NCBI GenBank assembly: GCA_951406725.2 | Contig: OX597830.1 | Coordinates: 55,242,001-55,306,000, forward strand | DNA: 64,000 nucleotides | Origin: Octopus vulgaris | Taxonomy: Eukaryota | Direction: 5' to 3' | Shown here: in pieces, positions 41,100 through 54,843 of the stretch | Layout: each line of letters opens with the position of its first letter | Numbering within the stretch: the stretch's first letter is position 1 | Program-made: the position numbers and the translations under genes | Notes under the pieces: generated by a model | What the model was told of the DNA's origin: nothing | What the model saw: only the letters and a program-made list of their open reading frames with translations | The model's database searches: none

Positions 41100-42529
41100 T
41101 AATCCCACTGCATGGCACCTTGGGCAAGTGTCTTCTACTATAGCCTCGGGCCGATCAAAGCCTTGTGAGTGGATTTGGTAGACGGAAACTGAAAGGAGCA
41201 CGTCGTATATGTGTATGTGTGTGTGTGTGTTTGTGTGTCATTGTTTGTCCCCTCAACATCGTTTGACAACCGATGCTGGTGTGTTTACGTCCCCGTAACT
41301 TGACGGTTCGGCAAAATAGACCGATAGAATAAGTACTAGGCTTACAAAGAATAAGTCCTGGGGTCGATTTGCTCCTCGACTAAAGGCGGCGCACCAGCAT
41401 GGCCGTAGTCAAATGATTAAAACAAAGAAAAGAATAAAAGAATATGTATGTATGTATTTCCCTCAAGGATTTGTCATCCCTTTCATCATGAAATGTCTGA
41501 TCTGCTCTAAATATAATTTTTTCTTTTTGTTCCGCCCACCATAATCAGTTGCCGTTTAATAGTTTTGCTGTGTTTCATATCATTAGTCGACTCTTCTTTA
41601 CTCCACCCCCCTCATCCCACCACTCAATTTCTGTTGCAAAAGTGAAAGTGAACCGACCAATCAATTAATTGTAAATTTTCAGTATCTCTCCGTCTCGTCG
41701 TTCTCTAAAATCCCAAATGATGAATGAGGATCCCGGTGCTGCTTATCAACTCTGGTTTCTGTAAAGTTAAACAGACGGTAGTGACGTCATCCGTGTCACA
41801 TGACAATGCTCTGTCAGAAAGGAAATACGGTGTGTGTTTTTTTGTTTTTTTCCAACAATTATCGTTATTTGTATATGTTTATCACATGACATTTGAAAAA
41901 AAGCCGTATGTCTGCTAAAAAGTAGTGATTGTCATGGGTGGACTATTTTTGACAGTAGGTTAGTTGTCGGATTAATTATGATCTGAGGCTGAATCATCCT
42001 AACCAACAATGACATTAGCAACAACAGCATCATCATCACCACCACCATTAAAAACAATAACAACAACCACCACAATGCATTATACATGTATGCGTGTGTA
42101 TTGATGTATGTACGAGGGGGGTACTGAAAAATTCCTTGGTCAAGGGTGTCACAAAAGGCCTGGCTGGAGGCCCAACCATCTGAGTTCTTTTACAGGGCTT
42201 AGGAAAACTGAAGGACTGCTGCAATAAGTGTGTGAATCTGAGAGGGGAATATGCTGAATAAAATCTCAAATTTAGGTTAAATCAGTGTTTCTCAAAGGGT
42301 ATCATATGGGACGGTCAGACAAGTTGTTTTGAGAAAATTTGGTTTAAATAGTTGACAACTCGCACCGTCCATTGGATGGGGGCGTTTTGCTCGTACATAT
42401 ATATATATATATCAATTTTTCTAATATATATATATATATACATATATATATGCATATGTATAAACAACACCAACTTTTAGTAGGAGGTAAATATTACTTT
42501 TTGGTGTTAATGCTGCTTCTGTCGCTATC

Positions 42530-42568
<39 letters not shown>

Positions 42569-44427
42569 GTATATTATTCACTCCTTCTTCTCCATAACGC
42601 CAACCCATTGGAATTCCGTTCGCGCCCAGTTTTTTTCCTGTACAGTCGCCGACTCACAGTTGTTTAAACCACACGCCAGTCGAATGAATCTCATCGACCT
42701 TTGAGAAAGGTCAAGAATATAGAAGATCTAAGGAAGACCCTCGAAGGTCAAGGACACAGAACGCTTGAAGGGCGGGGCGTCTCTCTCGTGACTTAACCAT
42801 TAAAAAACAACAAATCAACATCTTTCTGTTAACTATATTTATATTATTGAAAGGCGGCGAGCTGATAGAAATGCTTAGTGGTATTTCGCCTGTCCTTATG
42901 TCCTGTGTTCAAATTCCGCCGAGGTCGACTTTGCCTTTCATCCTTTCGGGATCGATAAATTAAGTACCAGCTGCTTACTGGGGTCGATATAATCGACTGG
43001 CCCCCTCCCCAAAAATTTGTGGCCTTGTGCTTAGAGTAGAAAAGTATATTTATATCATAAATCTCTGAGCGAGGTATAAACAGCAGCTGCACGACATCGT
43101 GAAGTATATTTGCCTCTTAAATGGGGCTAACTCTTAAGGGTGGATGCTACTGTAGCTTGTAGCCCCAGGAGGACACCTCCTCCAGCTGGCTATTGACACA
43201 CAGAAAAGGTTAGCCACATTTAAGTGGCAAATATACTTCACGATATATTTATATTATTGGAGTCATCACCCTTGTATTTCTTTTTTTTTTTGTTTTTGTA
43301 ATTGTACCGAAGTTCCTTGTGGATGTTTTATTTTCTACATTGTGTGGTAAAACGTCTCTTACATGCCATTCTTGATTAATGCTTCGACAGCAAACGCGCG
43401 GTCTGCACTGGCCAAAGCCATGTTGGTAACTGGCAAAAAAACTGTCGCTTTGATGCAACGCCATTACCATCAGCGTGATTTTACTGGCGTCGTCACATCA
43501 ACGGCCGTGTAAAATATGACAAGTTTTGCTGCTACACCCTGTACTAATCACAATTGGTCTGAGCAATTCAACTATGTTTAGATGACACCGTAACCTTATC
43601 CCTATTTATGTTCTATAGCCTCTGTCTCTAGATCATCCAACGAACATTGCCAAACTTCAATGGAAATCAACATTATTATTAATTTCTTCAGTTCCCACAC
43701 CAAAATATGTCTTTTTGCAAAAATTCCAACAGCAAATAACTACCATTGCGAGCGATAACTTTGGAACCTTTGTGAATATATATATTTATATATGTTTTTT
43801 TTTTTTTCTATTTAAAAATTTTTTTTTAAAGTCAAGATTTAATTCGATTAAAACTAAGTAACCAAATCAATTATTTAATGAAAATTTAATATGTAAAATT
43901 ATATTATAACTGAATATTTTTGAATATTTAATATTGGTTAAGAATCGATAATAAAAATATAAATGATACAAAAAAAAAAAAGAAAAAATACAGCTGAAAC
44001 GAAAAGAAGGAAAATGGAAAAGAATTTTGTAAATTGATATGAAATCGTAGCAATGATGTATTGATGCTATGTGTATAATATATGTATAGCGTGTTGTATA
44101 GAGATGTATATGGATGTAGATTCGTGAAATGTGACCTGAATGCGTTATAGAGACAGGGATAGTGTTATATAGATATGTATCTGATATGGTATAGAGATGT
44201 ATGTAGTATGACGTGAATGTATAATAGATACATGTGTAGTGTTGTATAGCATGTATGTAATATTGTATAGATGTGAATGTAGTGTAGTAGGGACGTTTGT
44301 GATGTAGTAAAGACGAGTGTGGAATGCGTGTAGTACACACGTATAATGAGATGTACAGAAATGTGTAATGTGGTACAGATGTGCGTGTGTCTGCAGCGTT
44401 ATATAGACGTGACTATAATGTGTTATA

Positions 44428-44657
44428 CGGGGTGTCCATAAATTACCTTTAGAATTTGAAAAAGAAAACTCAGAAAAAAAGAGATAATAAGAATAACTCA
44501 GGAGAGTTTATTGTAAAACAGACAAACAAATAAGGTTTTATAAGAAATATCTGAATACTTCCATGTGAACTCTATTGGTTGCGAAGAAGTTGATTGATGG
44601 ATCTCTAATACATACACTGGATTGTGGAAGTTGTAAAGATAATTTATGAACATTCTG
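44428..44657. mobile_element. Tc1/mariner-derived MITE
   Basis: Imperfect TIRs (gtgtccataaattaccttta / taaagataatttatgaacat) with TA flanks. Confidence 0.55.
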
Positions 44658-44791
44658 TATACCATATGTAGTGTAGATTTGTGTAATGTGGTTGTATAAC
44701 AAGTCTATTATGTTGTGTAAACGTGTGTGTGCCTACAGTGTTGTAAAGACACGTGTGCTATGTGATAAATAATGTGTAATGTGTGGTGTGT

Positions 44792-45030
44792 GGAGGCGCA
44801 CGGCTTAGTGGTCAGGGTGTTGCTCTCATGATCGTAAGATCGTGGTTTCGGTTCCTGGACCAGGCGATGCGTTGCATTCTTGAGCAAAACACTTTCTTTC
44901 ATGCTACTCCAGTGCACTCAGCTGACAAAAGTGAGTAACCCCACGATGGACCGGTTTCCCGTCAAGGAGGGAAGGTAATATATACCCCCAAAGAATCCAA
45001 GAAACTGGCTTCGTTAGTCTTTGGCCATGG
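44792..45030 (+). mobile_element. tRNA-derived SINE (second head type, CORE-like segment)
   Basis: A/B boxes; ttgagcaa..cactt..tttca...ctccagt.cactcagctg segment; body cgatggacc...cccgtc. Confidence 0.7.
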
Positions 45031-45762
45031 AAGTACCTTGCATCCTTTATTATGAATGTGTGGTGTAGACATGTGTGTAATTTGTTGTATAGATATGTTA
45101 AATGTATCATAATGTGTGTACTGTTTTAGATGTGTATACTAGTGAATGTGTGTATACTATACTATTGTACTACATGTACAATGTGTCATTGCTATATTTA
45201 ATGTATTGCAAACGCAATGTGGTGTAACGTGTTATGTAATATGGATATGTGTAAAGTGAGTCGATCTGTGTAATGTGATCTGAATATGTTTTTTTTTGTT
45301 CTATAGATTTGTGTAATGTAATGTAGAAGTGTGTAATGTAATATAAATAAATGGTTGTAATGTAGAATGAATATATATATCTATATATATATAAACATAG
45401 TATAGGATTGTTAATAAAATATGTTTCTGTGAATATGTGTAATGTGATATAGAAGTATGTAATGTATTATAAATATGTGTTTGTTACAAGCATGTATAAT
45501 GTGATATAGAGATTAATGTGCTATAAAAATGTATAACGTATATGTGAAATGTGTTCTGAAGTTGTACGAAATCGAGTGTTAGAGAGGAAATATTTCCTCT
45601 TCTTTAATTATTCAACAAACCACTTGTATTTATCTGTAAATAATTTAAATAAATAAATATTGTTACAATTATTATTATATTTCAGTTTCCTCGTTATTAT
45701 TGACTGAGACATTAATTAAGAAAGAATGGTTATTATTGTTATTGATATTGCTATTGTTATTA

Positions 45763-46954
45763 TTAGGTTGTCAAGAAAGTTCTTGTGGTTTTTAACCTTT
45801 AAATTCAGATGAAAGTATCTCGGTTCAAACAAAACTTTATTAATCGAAATAAACACCATAAGCAACACACTTTTGCCAACGCGAAACAAGTTTATTTATG
45901 CCAGTAGCATAAAAATCCTGCGTTCTGGTGGCGATGATGTCGTTGAAGACGTGTTTGGCATCGTCTTGGGTTTTGAAGCATTTCTCACGCAGGAAGTTTT
46001 CGAGATGCTTGAAAAAGTGGTAGTCGGTAGGCGAGAGGTCTGGTGAGTTTCGTAGCCCAATTCGTTCAACTTCTGCAGGGTCAGTTGTGCGACGTGCGGC
46101 CGAGCGATGTCGTGGAGAATAATTGGTCCTTTTCTATTGACCAATGCTGGCTGTTGTCGGAGTTTCTTATGCATTTCATCCATTTGCTGACAGTACTTCT
46201 CCGCCGTAATGGTTTCGCCTGAATCCAAAAAGCTGTGATGGATGAGACCGACAACAGACCACCAAACAGTCACCATGACCTTCTTTTGGTGCAACTTTGG
46301 CTTCGGGAAGTGCCGTGGAGCTTATTCGGCGTCCAACCACTGAGCTGAGCGTCGCCGGTTGTCGTAAAGAATCCACTTTTTATCACAAGTCACAATCTGC
46401 GTAAAAGTAGGGAAGGCGACACTTCAAAATGGCGTTTTTTTTTGGTTGTTCAATTCGTGCGGCACCCATTTCTCAAGTATTTTTGTTTTTCCAATCTCTT
46501 TCAAATGGTTGGAAATGTCTAAGTCTGAAGCAAGCTCTCGAACAGTTGTGCGTGGATTGGCTTCCACTAAGGCTCTTAGTTGATCGTTATCTACATCCGA
46601 TGGCGGACCACTACGCTTATCATCTTCAAGACTCCCGTCACCGCTACGAAATTTCTTCAACCATCATAAGTGGTTCTTGGGCCAAACGCATCGTTTATAT
46701 CGCAAGCTGTTTCGGCCTAGCTTGAACAGGAATAAGAAAATTGTGCGAATTTGCTTTTTGTCCATGTTGTATTCAATGTTCTGGTAAAAAATGGCCTACT
46801 TATACGAAAAGAAAAAGAGTAACACGTTTAGATAGAGCAAAAATGGGCTTTAAAATGATTTATAAAGTCAAAGTAATTTAACGAAAATTAATTTGAAAAT
46901 ACATCATTTAAAACCCAAATTAAAAATTCCGCAAGAACTTTCTTGACAACCTAA
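45763..46954 (-). mobile_element. Near full-length mariner (Hsmar1/cecropia-like), frameshifted
   Basis: TIRs ttaggttgtcaagaaagttcttg at both ends with TA TSD; MDKKQIR, WVPHEL, KKVMVTVWWS and HDIARPH motifs. Confidence 0.92.
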
Positions 46955-48081
46955 TATCAAGTTCAAATTCCGCCGAGGTCGACTTTATTTTCCATCCTTG
47001 CGGAATCGATGAAATATGCACCAGTTGAATACCAGGGTCGATGTAAAAGACTTTCATCATCCCCTGAAATTGCTGATCTTGTACCAAACTGTGAAACCAT
47101 TATTGTTATTATCAACTGAAGAAAGTAAAAGGGGGGAGAATTAACAGAAACGTTGGAGCATCAAAGAGATTACTTTGCGGGATTTGTTCTGGCTCTTTAC
47201 ATTCTGAGATCACATTCCGCCGAGGGCAACTTCGCTTTTCATCGCTCTCGGCTGGGGTGACGTAGTAGTTGTTAAACCAGAAACACCAGTCAAGTACTGG
47301 AGTCCAAAGTATCGACGGATACCCCACCCATCGAAATTGCTCGCTTTTATGTCTAAATTGGAAATAATTATCAATTAAAGAAATAATTATTAATTGAAGG
47401 ATCGAAAACAGACATTTTCCTTTTCGGCCCAGCTCCTCCCATCAGCTTTTCCCAAGTTCCATTTGGAGAGGAAGATGATGATGAAGAGAAGCAAGAAAAG
47501 GCAGACAAATATCCCTCGCATCACACAACTGTATTAAAATTGAAAGAATAAAAACAAGATGTTTATTACAAGAATGCCTTTCATCCTGTGTCCGAAGAGG
47601 TAGATAGCAGAGTCGCTACTTTTATTTCAGAAATAATGGTTATGAGTTCAAATCCAGTTAGTCGTTCAGTAGTTGTCGTCGTAATCGTTAGTATTTCCTC
47701 ATTGTTAAAGAAGTTCCAGTGTTTTTTTAAACCGTGGAACCATTCGTTAGTAAGTTTGTTCAGTGTAAGGACACTCATGGGTTCAGTCCGTTTGTGTGTG
47801 TCTGTGTGTATGTGTACATGTATATAAATTTCTTTATTATCCACAAGGAGCTAAACATAGAGGGGACAAACAAGGACAGACAAAGGGATTAAGTCGATTA
47901 CATCGACCCCAGTGCGTAGCTGGTACATAATTTATCGACCCCGAAAGGATGAAAGGCAAAGTCGACCTCGGCGGAATTTGAACTCAGAACGTAGCGGCAG
48001 ACGAAATACTGCTAAGCATTTCGCCCGGCGCGCTAACGTATCTGCCAGCTCGCCGCCTTTGTGTACATGTATATATATATA

Positions 48082-48118
<37 letters not shown>

Positions 48119-48205
48119 CGCGCGTGTGTGTGTGTGTGAGTGCCTGTATGTATGTGTGTGTGTGCTGTGTGTGTATCTGAGTGAGTATGCTTCTGAGTGT
48201 GTATG

Positions 48206-48262
<57 letters not shown>

Positions 48263-48920
48263 GTGTGTACGCGTGTGTATTTTCACCGCAAGTGTCTTGA
48301 GACACTGGTTAGTCTGTCCGATTGCTTCGAGATGCCAGTGCCACGGACTGTCCTGATCCACCTCGAAGAGTTTTTCTCCTATGTAGTCATCCGTGAGATC
48401 TGAATCTGCAGATGGAATTTGAACTCGCAACACAAAGAACAGGGACTAAAAAGAAAAAAGAAAAAAAAAAAGAAACGAAAAAGTACAACAAAGAACTTCG
48501 TTTGACGTTTTACCAATTCCGCCAGTACTTCAATCGTTTACAAACGCACACGCGCGCACATATATGTATGTGTGCATGTGAGGACGCGTGGCTTACTGGT
48601 TACGGTCTTCGGTTTGCGAGCGTGAAGTCGTGAGTTCAGTTCTGCCAAAAAAAAAGACGAACAGGCAGAAACGTTAGCACGCCGGGCGAAATGCGTCGCT
48701 GTATTTCGTCTGCCGTTACGTTTTGAGTTCAAATACTGCCGAGGTCGACTTTGCCTTTCATCCTTTCGGGGTCGATTAATTATGTACCAGTTATGCACGC
48801 ACTGGGGTCGATGTAATCGACTTAATCCGTTTGTCTGTCCCTTCTGTGTTTAGCCTCCTGTGGGCAATAAAGAAATATATGTATGTATGTATGTATGGAT
48901 GGATGTGTCTGTGTATTTGC

Positions 48921-48977
<57 letters not shown>

Positions 48978-49006
48978 CATACATACATTTATATATTACA
49001 CACACA

Positions 49007-49075
<69 letters not shown>

Positions 49076-49556
49076 ATGTATATCAGGGAGTTAAACATAT
49101 GATCATGGACAGAGAGCAAACAGATCGATACGTCAGGAAGATGTTAAAGTTACATGACTTTTTTTCATCTTAAAATGAATGAATAATACAAAAACAGGGT
49201 TTAAGAAATGTAATAAAATATATTTTTTCGCTTGAGAAATTAAAAAGAATCGTTAACAACGCATGTATGCCACAACTTTACTTTCCCCCTCCTTTAAAAG
49301 TGCTGGAATTCAATGAGGAGAAAATAGAAGCAAAAATTATGGTATCGTGAACAATAAAATATTTTGACGTCGTTTTCGTCGGTGATGAATGCTAATAGTT
49401 TATGAGAGTTTTCTCCCTTAGATTACTTCACAGATTAAAGATACTGGGTAATGAGTATGTTTGTGCATGTGTGTGTGTGTGTGTGCGTGTTGTACGCTTG
49501 TGTGTGTGTCTTTGTGTATGGGTACATGTATATAGTGCGTATGTGTGGGTAAATGT

Positions 49557-49624
<68 letters not shown>

Positions 49625-49949
49625 CTGTGAGTATGCTTCTGAGTGCTTGTGTTTTTGTGTGTGAGTTACGCTTGTGTATGTGTCTGGGTGAGTGTCTGTG
49701 CGTACGTGTCTGTGTGTATGCGTGTGTGTCTGTGTGTACGTGTGTGTGTGTGTATGAGTGTGTGTGTGTGTATGTGTGTATGTGTGTATTTTTTGTGTGT
49801 CTGCGTGTTAGTAGAGCAAAATGCTTAGCGGAATTTCGTCCGTCACTACGTTCTGAGGTCAAATTTCGCCGACGTTGATTTTGCCTTTCATCCTTTCGGG
49901 GTCGGTAAAGTAACTACCAGTCGAGCACTGGGGTCAATGTAACCGATTT

Positions 49950-50115
49950 AACCCCTACTGACTTCCATCTCTTCCCCAAGAGGGAAATGCAGTTCAAAGG
50001 TCGCCGTTTTTAACTCCGTCGTCGAGATCAAGAGCGAATCGCTGAAGGTCCTCGACTCGCTTACGGGAAACGACTTTCCAAAGTGGCAGGAACGCGGAGA
50101 CCGGTGTATTGATTA
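49950..50115 (+). mobile_element. Mariner transposase C-terminal fragment
   Basis: DFHLFPK...KGRRF...KWQER.DRCI remnants. Confidence 0.6.
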
Positions 50116-50531
50116 GATATATAAGTTAATTTTTTAAAGGCGGCGAGCTGGCAGAATCGTTAGCACGCCGGGCGAAATGCGTAGCCGTATTTTGTCTGCC
50201 GTTACGTTCTGAGCTCATATTCCGCCGAGGTCGACTTTGCCTTTCATCCATTCGGGGTCGATAAATCAAGTACCAGTTACGCACTGGGGTCGGTGTAATC
50301 GACTTAATCCGTTTATCTGTCCTTGTTTGTCCTCTCTGTGTTTAGCCCCTTGTGGGTAGTAAAGAAATAGGTATCAAAAGGTTCCTGGACTAGTTATATC
50401 TAATAAAAAAAACAAACTTATATGTTAGGACAGACAAAGGGATTAAGTCGATTATATCGACCCCAGTGTGTAACTGGTACTTACTTAATCGACCCCGAAA
50501 GGATGAAAGGCAAAATCTCGTAGATATATGT

Positions 50532-50840
50532 GGAGGCGCAATGGGCCAGTGGTTAGGGCAGCGGACTCGAAGTCGGAGGATCGCGGTTTCGATTCCCAGA
50601 CCGAGCATTGTGTGTGTTTATTGAGCGAAAACACCTAAAATAAGCTCCACGAGGCTCCGGCAGGGGGGTGGTGGCGACCCCTGTTGTACTCTTTCGCCCC
50701 AACTTTCTCTCACTCTCTCTTCCTGTTTCTTGAGCAACGCTGCGATGGACTGGCGTCCCGTCCAGCAGGGGTGGGGGAACACATACGCTACAGAAACCGG
50801 GAAACCGGGCCCATGAGCCTGGCTAGGCTTGAAAAGGACG
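50532..50840 (+). mobile_element. tRNA-derived SINE, same head as 21832-22213 but a different body
   Basis: Same head family; body gcgatggactggcgtcccgtccag...ctacagaaaccggg. Confidence 0.8.
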
Positions 50841-51519
50841 ACGTTTATCGTATCATAGATATATGCGTGGCAAATTTTTCTTGGTAACCTCTTCGTTTGG
50901 CATTTTCAGATCAGCCGGAACCAAATAAGTTCTAATATAAATGTTTCCCCTCCAGTGCAGCATAGCAAGCAAGCTTGCTACCCTAATTAGACTAGCTAGA
51001 GGTTGATATAAACAAATACGTACATAGTACCAGCTTTATCAACTGCAACAGCAACAATAACAACAACAACAATATAGAGCAATGATATGAGAGACGCCAG
51101 TTTATCTTCTGGAATAATACAAAATGACATCACAGAGAAAGAGTACAGCAAGAGTACTAAAAAGTACAACGAATAAAAAGAGAAAACTGTCCATTTTTTC
51201 ATAACTCACACAATGATTACAAGGGTTTTTTTTTTTAATTCATTTATTTCGTTTATATATTTGTTGTTTATTTTTGTTTTTGAATTTATATTTTTTGTAG
51301 TTGTCTCAACTTTTCACCTCAGCCTGGCTTGCTGATCTATTTTCCGGAGAGGTATATACATACATACATACATACATACAAACATAAATACGTACGTACA
51401 TACATACATACATACATACAAACATAAATACGTACGTACATACATACATACATACATACATACATACATACATACATACATGCATACATACATACGTACA
51501 TACATGCATACATACATGT

Positions 51520-51657
<138 letters not shown>

Positions 51658-52262
51658 CATACATACACATACACATATACATATACATATACATATACAT
51701 AGATACAAAGACATACATATGCATTCATATATTTACATACACATGTATACACATATACAGGTATACGTAATAAACTTATACATATGTATATACATGCAAA
51801 TACGCAAAAAACACGCACATATATATTTATATATGAATATATGAATGTATTTACATATATTTAACATATATATATAAATTTTAGAAAAAACTACTTTTTA
51901 TCACTTCAAAATGAATAATTAAATTACACAATCTAGAAAATTACATATAATAGAAAAGTTAAAATTAAAATAACAATAAAAAGTAAAGATTAAGTAAATT
52001 ACAAAAATAATATAATGTATATCATAGGTAGAAAAACGACATATATATATACATATGCACATATGCATATATATATATAATCAAACATGTATATATGCAT
52101 ATACTTTATGTATGTGTAATATCTAAGATATGTATATATCTCCATATGTATAATCCATAATACATACATAAGCGCGCACACGCACACGGAAACACTCAAA
52201 CAAACAAAGATCAGCTATGGGGGTGGGGTTCATCGACCCTTTTTTTGTCGCGTTGAATCCCT

Positions 52263-52777
52263 TTACTGAAGTATCTGCCAAGAAATCACGGCAAGTAGGA
52301 GTATCAGGTAGGAATTGTAGATTTTGAAAAGAGGAGTCGATGCAGAGTTTTCAGTGTAGGTTGACAGTGTCATAAAGGACTTGACAAAATCAGGAGTCTC
52401 TTGGGACGGTGCTTGTGATGACGGTGCTGGCTTTGGCGGGAGTGTGCTCTCAGACGACGCCTCTCTCCCTGCGAACGATGATGACAACGATGAAAATGAT
52501 AATGGCGATGATTGTGGCCGCAGCGTGGATAGCAGCTTGGGTGATATTTCTGTTGCTGTTTCTGTCGTCTCTGCTATTACTGTTATGCTCTCTGTCTGTT
52601 CGTCTGGGAAGGTGACGGGAGGTGGAGGTTGAGGAAGTGGCGCAGGTTTCGGTCTCATGAGTCTCGTGACAGTAGAGTCCCCGTCATTTGGTGACGGCTC
52701 GATGTTTAAGAGGTCACACATGAACTGGTAGATGTCTACAGCATTGAGCCAAGGTACGACTGCATTTTTTCGGAAAT
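52263..52777 (-). CDS. ENPP-like last exon (DFRKN...VDIYQFMCDLLNIEPSPNDG, S/T/P stalk, hydrophobic tail)
   Basis: DIY..MC.LL.I.P.PN.G motif; cag acceptor, phase 1; TAA stop. Confidence 0.95.
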
Positions 52778-53146
52778 CTGACAAAAGGAAGGCAAAACAT
52801 TAAGAAACTAACAATAAAATATGAATAAGTAAGCGAAATAATCATATAATTTTCAATACAGCATAATTTTTTTTTCTGGCGTAGCTGTGTGACAAGAACT
52901 TTGATTCCCAACCACATGATCCCAGGTTCAGTTCCTCTGCGTGACACCTTGGGCAAGTGTCTTCTACTATAGCCACGGGGGCGATTTGTGTCCCAGCATG
53001 GCCGCAGTCTAAAGACTGAAACAAGTAAGAGATATATGAAAACACACTCATATACACATATACACATATACACATATAAACATAGACAAACATACATAGC
53101 CACATAGACACAGATGTAAAATTACTCAAATGTTATATATATATAT

Positions 53147-53759
53147 ATAACGAAATTTAAATTTTCTAAAGGTTAGTTGCCCGCTTTCAGTTCAATTTTC
53201 CTGTAACAAGTGGATTATAAGTGGATAAATCAGTGTATTGGCTTTAAAATAACCTTCTTTAGCCTTTAATTATAAGATGTTTATACTTCAACCGTAAAGG
53301 TTTTTTAATATACTGCCACGCTTTTTGATGGAATCCTTTTCTATAGAGAAAGGGACTTCATCCTATATTGTTAGTAGTAAACTCACTGCTTGTTACAAGG
53401 GGACCGGTAACCATTACAATAAATAGCGGCGATAGGTCAACACGTTGTTCTGAGACTGACCAAGGAATTTCTATTTTTAGATATAAATGATGTACTTAAA
53501 TGTAGTTGTGTTTTTAGCTTCTGCTTTTTCCATGATCACATGTGAGTATTTTATTTATATTCCCTCGTAAGCTCTACTGAAGAAGAATGTATCCTTTATA
53601 GGGATTAATTCCGAAATTGATTCAATATAGAGATAACGAAATTTAAATTTTCTAAAGGTTAGTTGCCCGCTTTCAGTTCAATTTTCCTGTAACAAGTGGA
53701 TTATAAGTGGATAAATCAGTGTATTGGCTTTAGAATAACCTTATTTAGCCCTTAATTAT

Positions 53760-53761
<2 letters not shown>
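53147..53761 (+). mobile_element. Retrozyme/Penelope-pLTR-like noncoding element: 486-bp unit plus 129-bp partial tandem repeat
   Basis: Direct repeats 53147-53275 and 53633-53761 (3 mismatches), internal hammerhead, (TA)n on both flanks. Confidence 0.7.
53572..53632 (+). ncRNA. Type I hammerhead ribozyme motif
   Basis: Reads cucua CUGAAGA agaau...auucc GAAA uug auu caa UA uagag; all three stems can be drawn. Confidence 0.75.
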
Positions 53762-53831
<70 letters not shown>

Positions 53832-53955
53832 GCATATATGTAAAATCGACTGGGAAGCTGAACTGCGTGACGACGTTCATGTAAGAAAGCAGTGAAATCC
53901 CATCTCACATGTTCACACAAGTAGCCACTGCCTTACATTCACAAACCTGGCACGG

Positions 53956-54843
53956 GCACTCCGTCAGTTAAGACGACGGGAGTTCCAGTTGATCGGATCA
54001 ATGGAACAGCCTGCTCGTGAAATTGACATACAAGTGACTGAGCGCTCCACAGACACGTGTACCCTTAACATACAGGGGCTGAACAAAATAATGGAAGCAG
54101 CTCGCATCATAGCATCATAATTTTGAAATACCTATAAAACCGTCAAAAGCTTCTTTATTTTTATGGTTTTTGATTTATCATTAGTGTTTCCCTTCGTGGC
54201 AGAATTAATAGTCAAGACTATTTAAGAATTTTATCTGATCAAATTCATCCTATGGTTGCAGAACTGTTTCTGGAGTGATACACAATCTTTCAGGATGATA
54301 ATGCATCAACTTACACAGCTAAGGTTGTTACTGAATGGTACGAAGAACATTCTAGTGAACTTGGACATCTTATCTGGCCACAACAGTCCCCAGAATCAAT
54401 ATTATTGAACATCTATGGTGCATTTTATAACAACAATTAATGAGTCGATATCCTCCACCATCATCGCTACAAGAACTGGAGACTGTTTTAGCTGAAGAAT
54501 GGACAAAAATCCCTTTAGAAACAATTCAAACTTTGTACGAGTCCATACCTCGTAGAATTCAAGCTGTAATTACTGCCAAAGGCAGTCCTACCCCATATTA
54601 AAATAAATTTGTTTGAATTTTCAAGGTGTTTCTATTATTTTGTACAACCCCTGTAGTTCTCAGGGAGTTTCAGCGTGCCACAGAATGTGGCAAGGCTAAC
54701 CCTATGAATTACAGGTACTACTCATTTTTGCCAGCTGGGTGGACTGAAGCAACGTGAAATAAAGAGACTCGCTCAAGGACATAACGCGTGGCCGGTAATT
54801 GAACTCACGAACTTAGGACCGTGAGCCGAATGCTCTAACCACT
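53956..54843 (-). mobile_element. tRNA-derived SINE (second head type, Nin-like body) split by the Tc1 insertion
   Basis: The two halves join to match the body of 21832-22020. Confidence 0.8.
54073..54653 (+). mobile_element. Internally deleted Tc1-like element nested in a SINE
   Basis: TIRs caggggctgaacaaaataat / attattttgtacaacccctg with TA TSD; FQDDNA, WPQQSP, IEHLW and SIPRRIQAVI.AKG.PTPY motifs. Confidence 0.9.
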
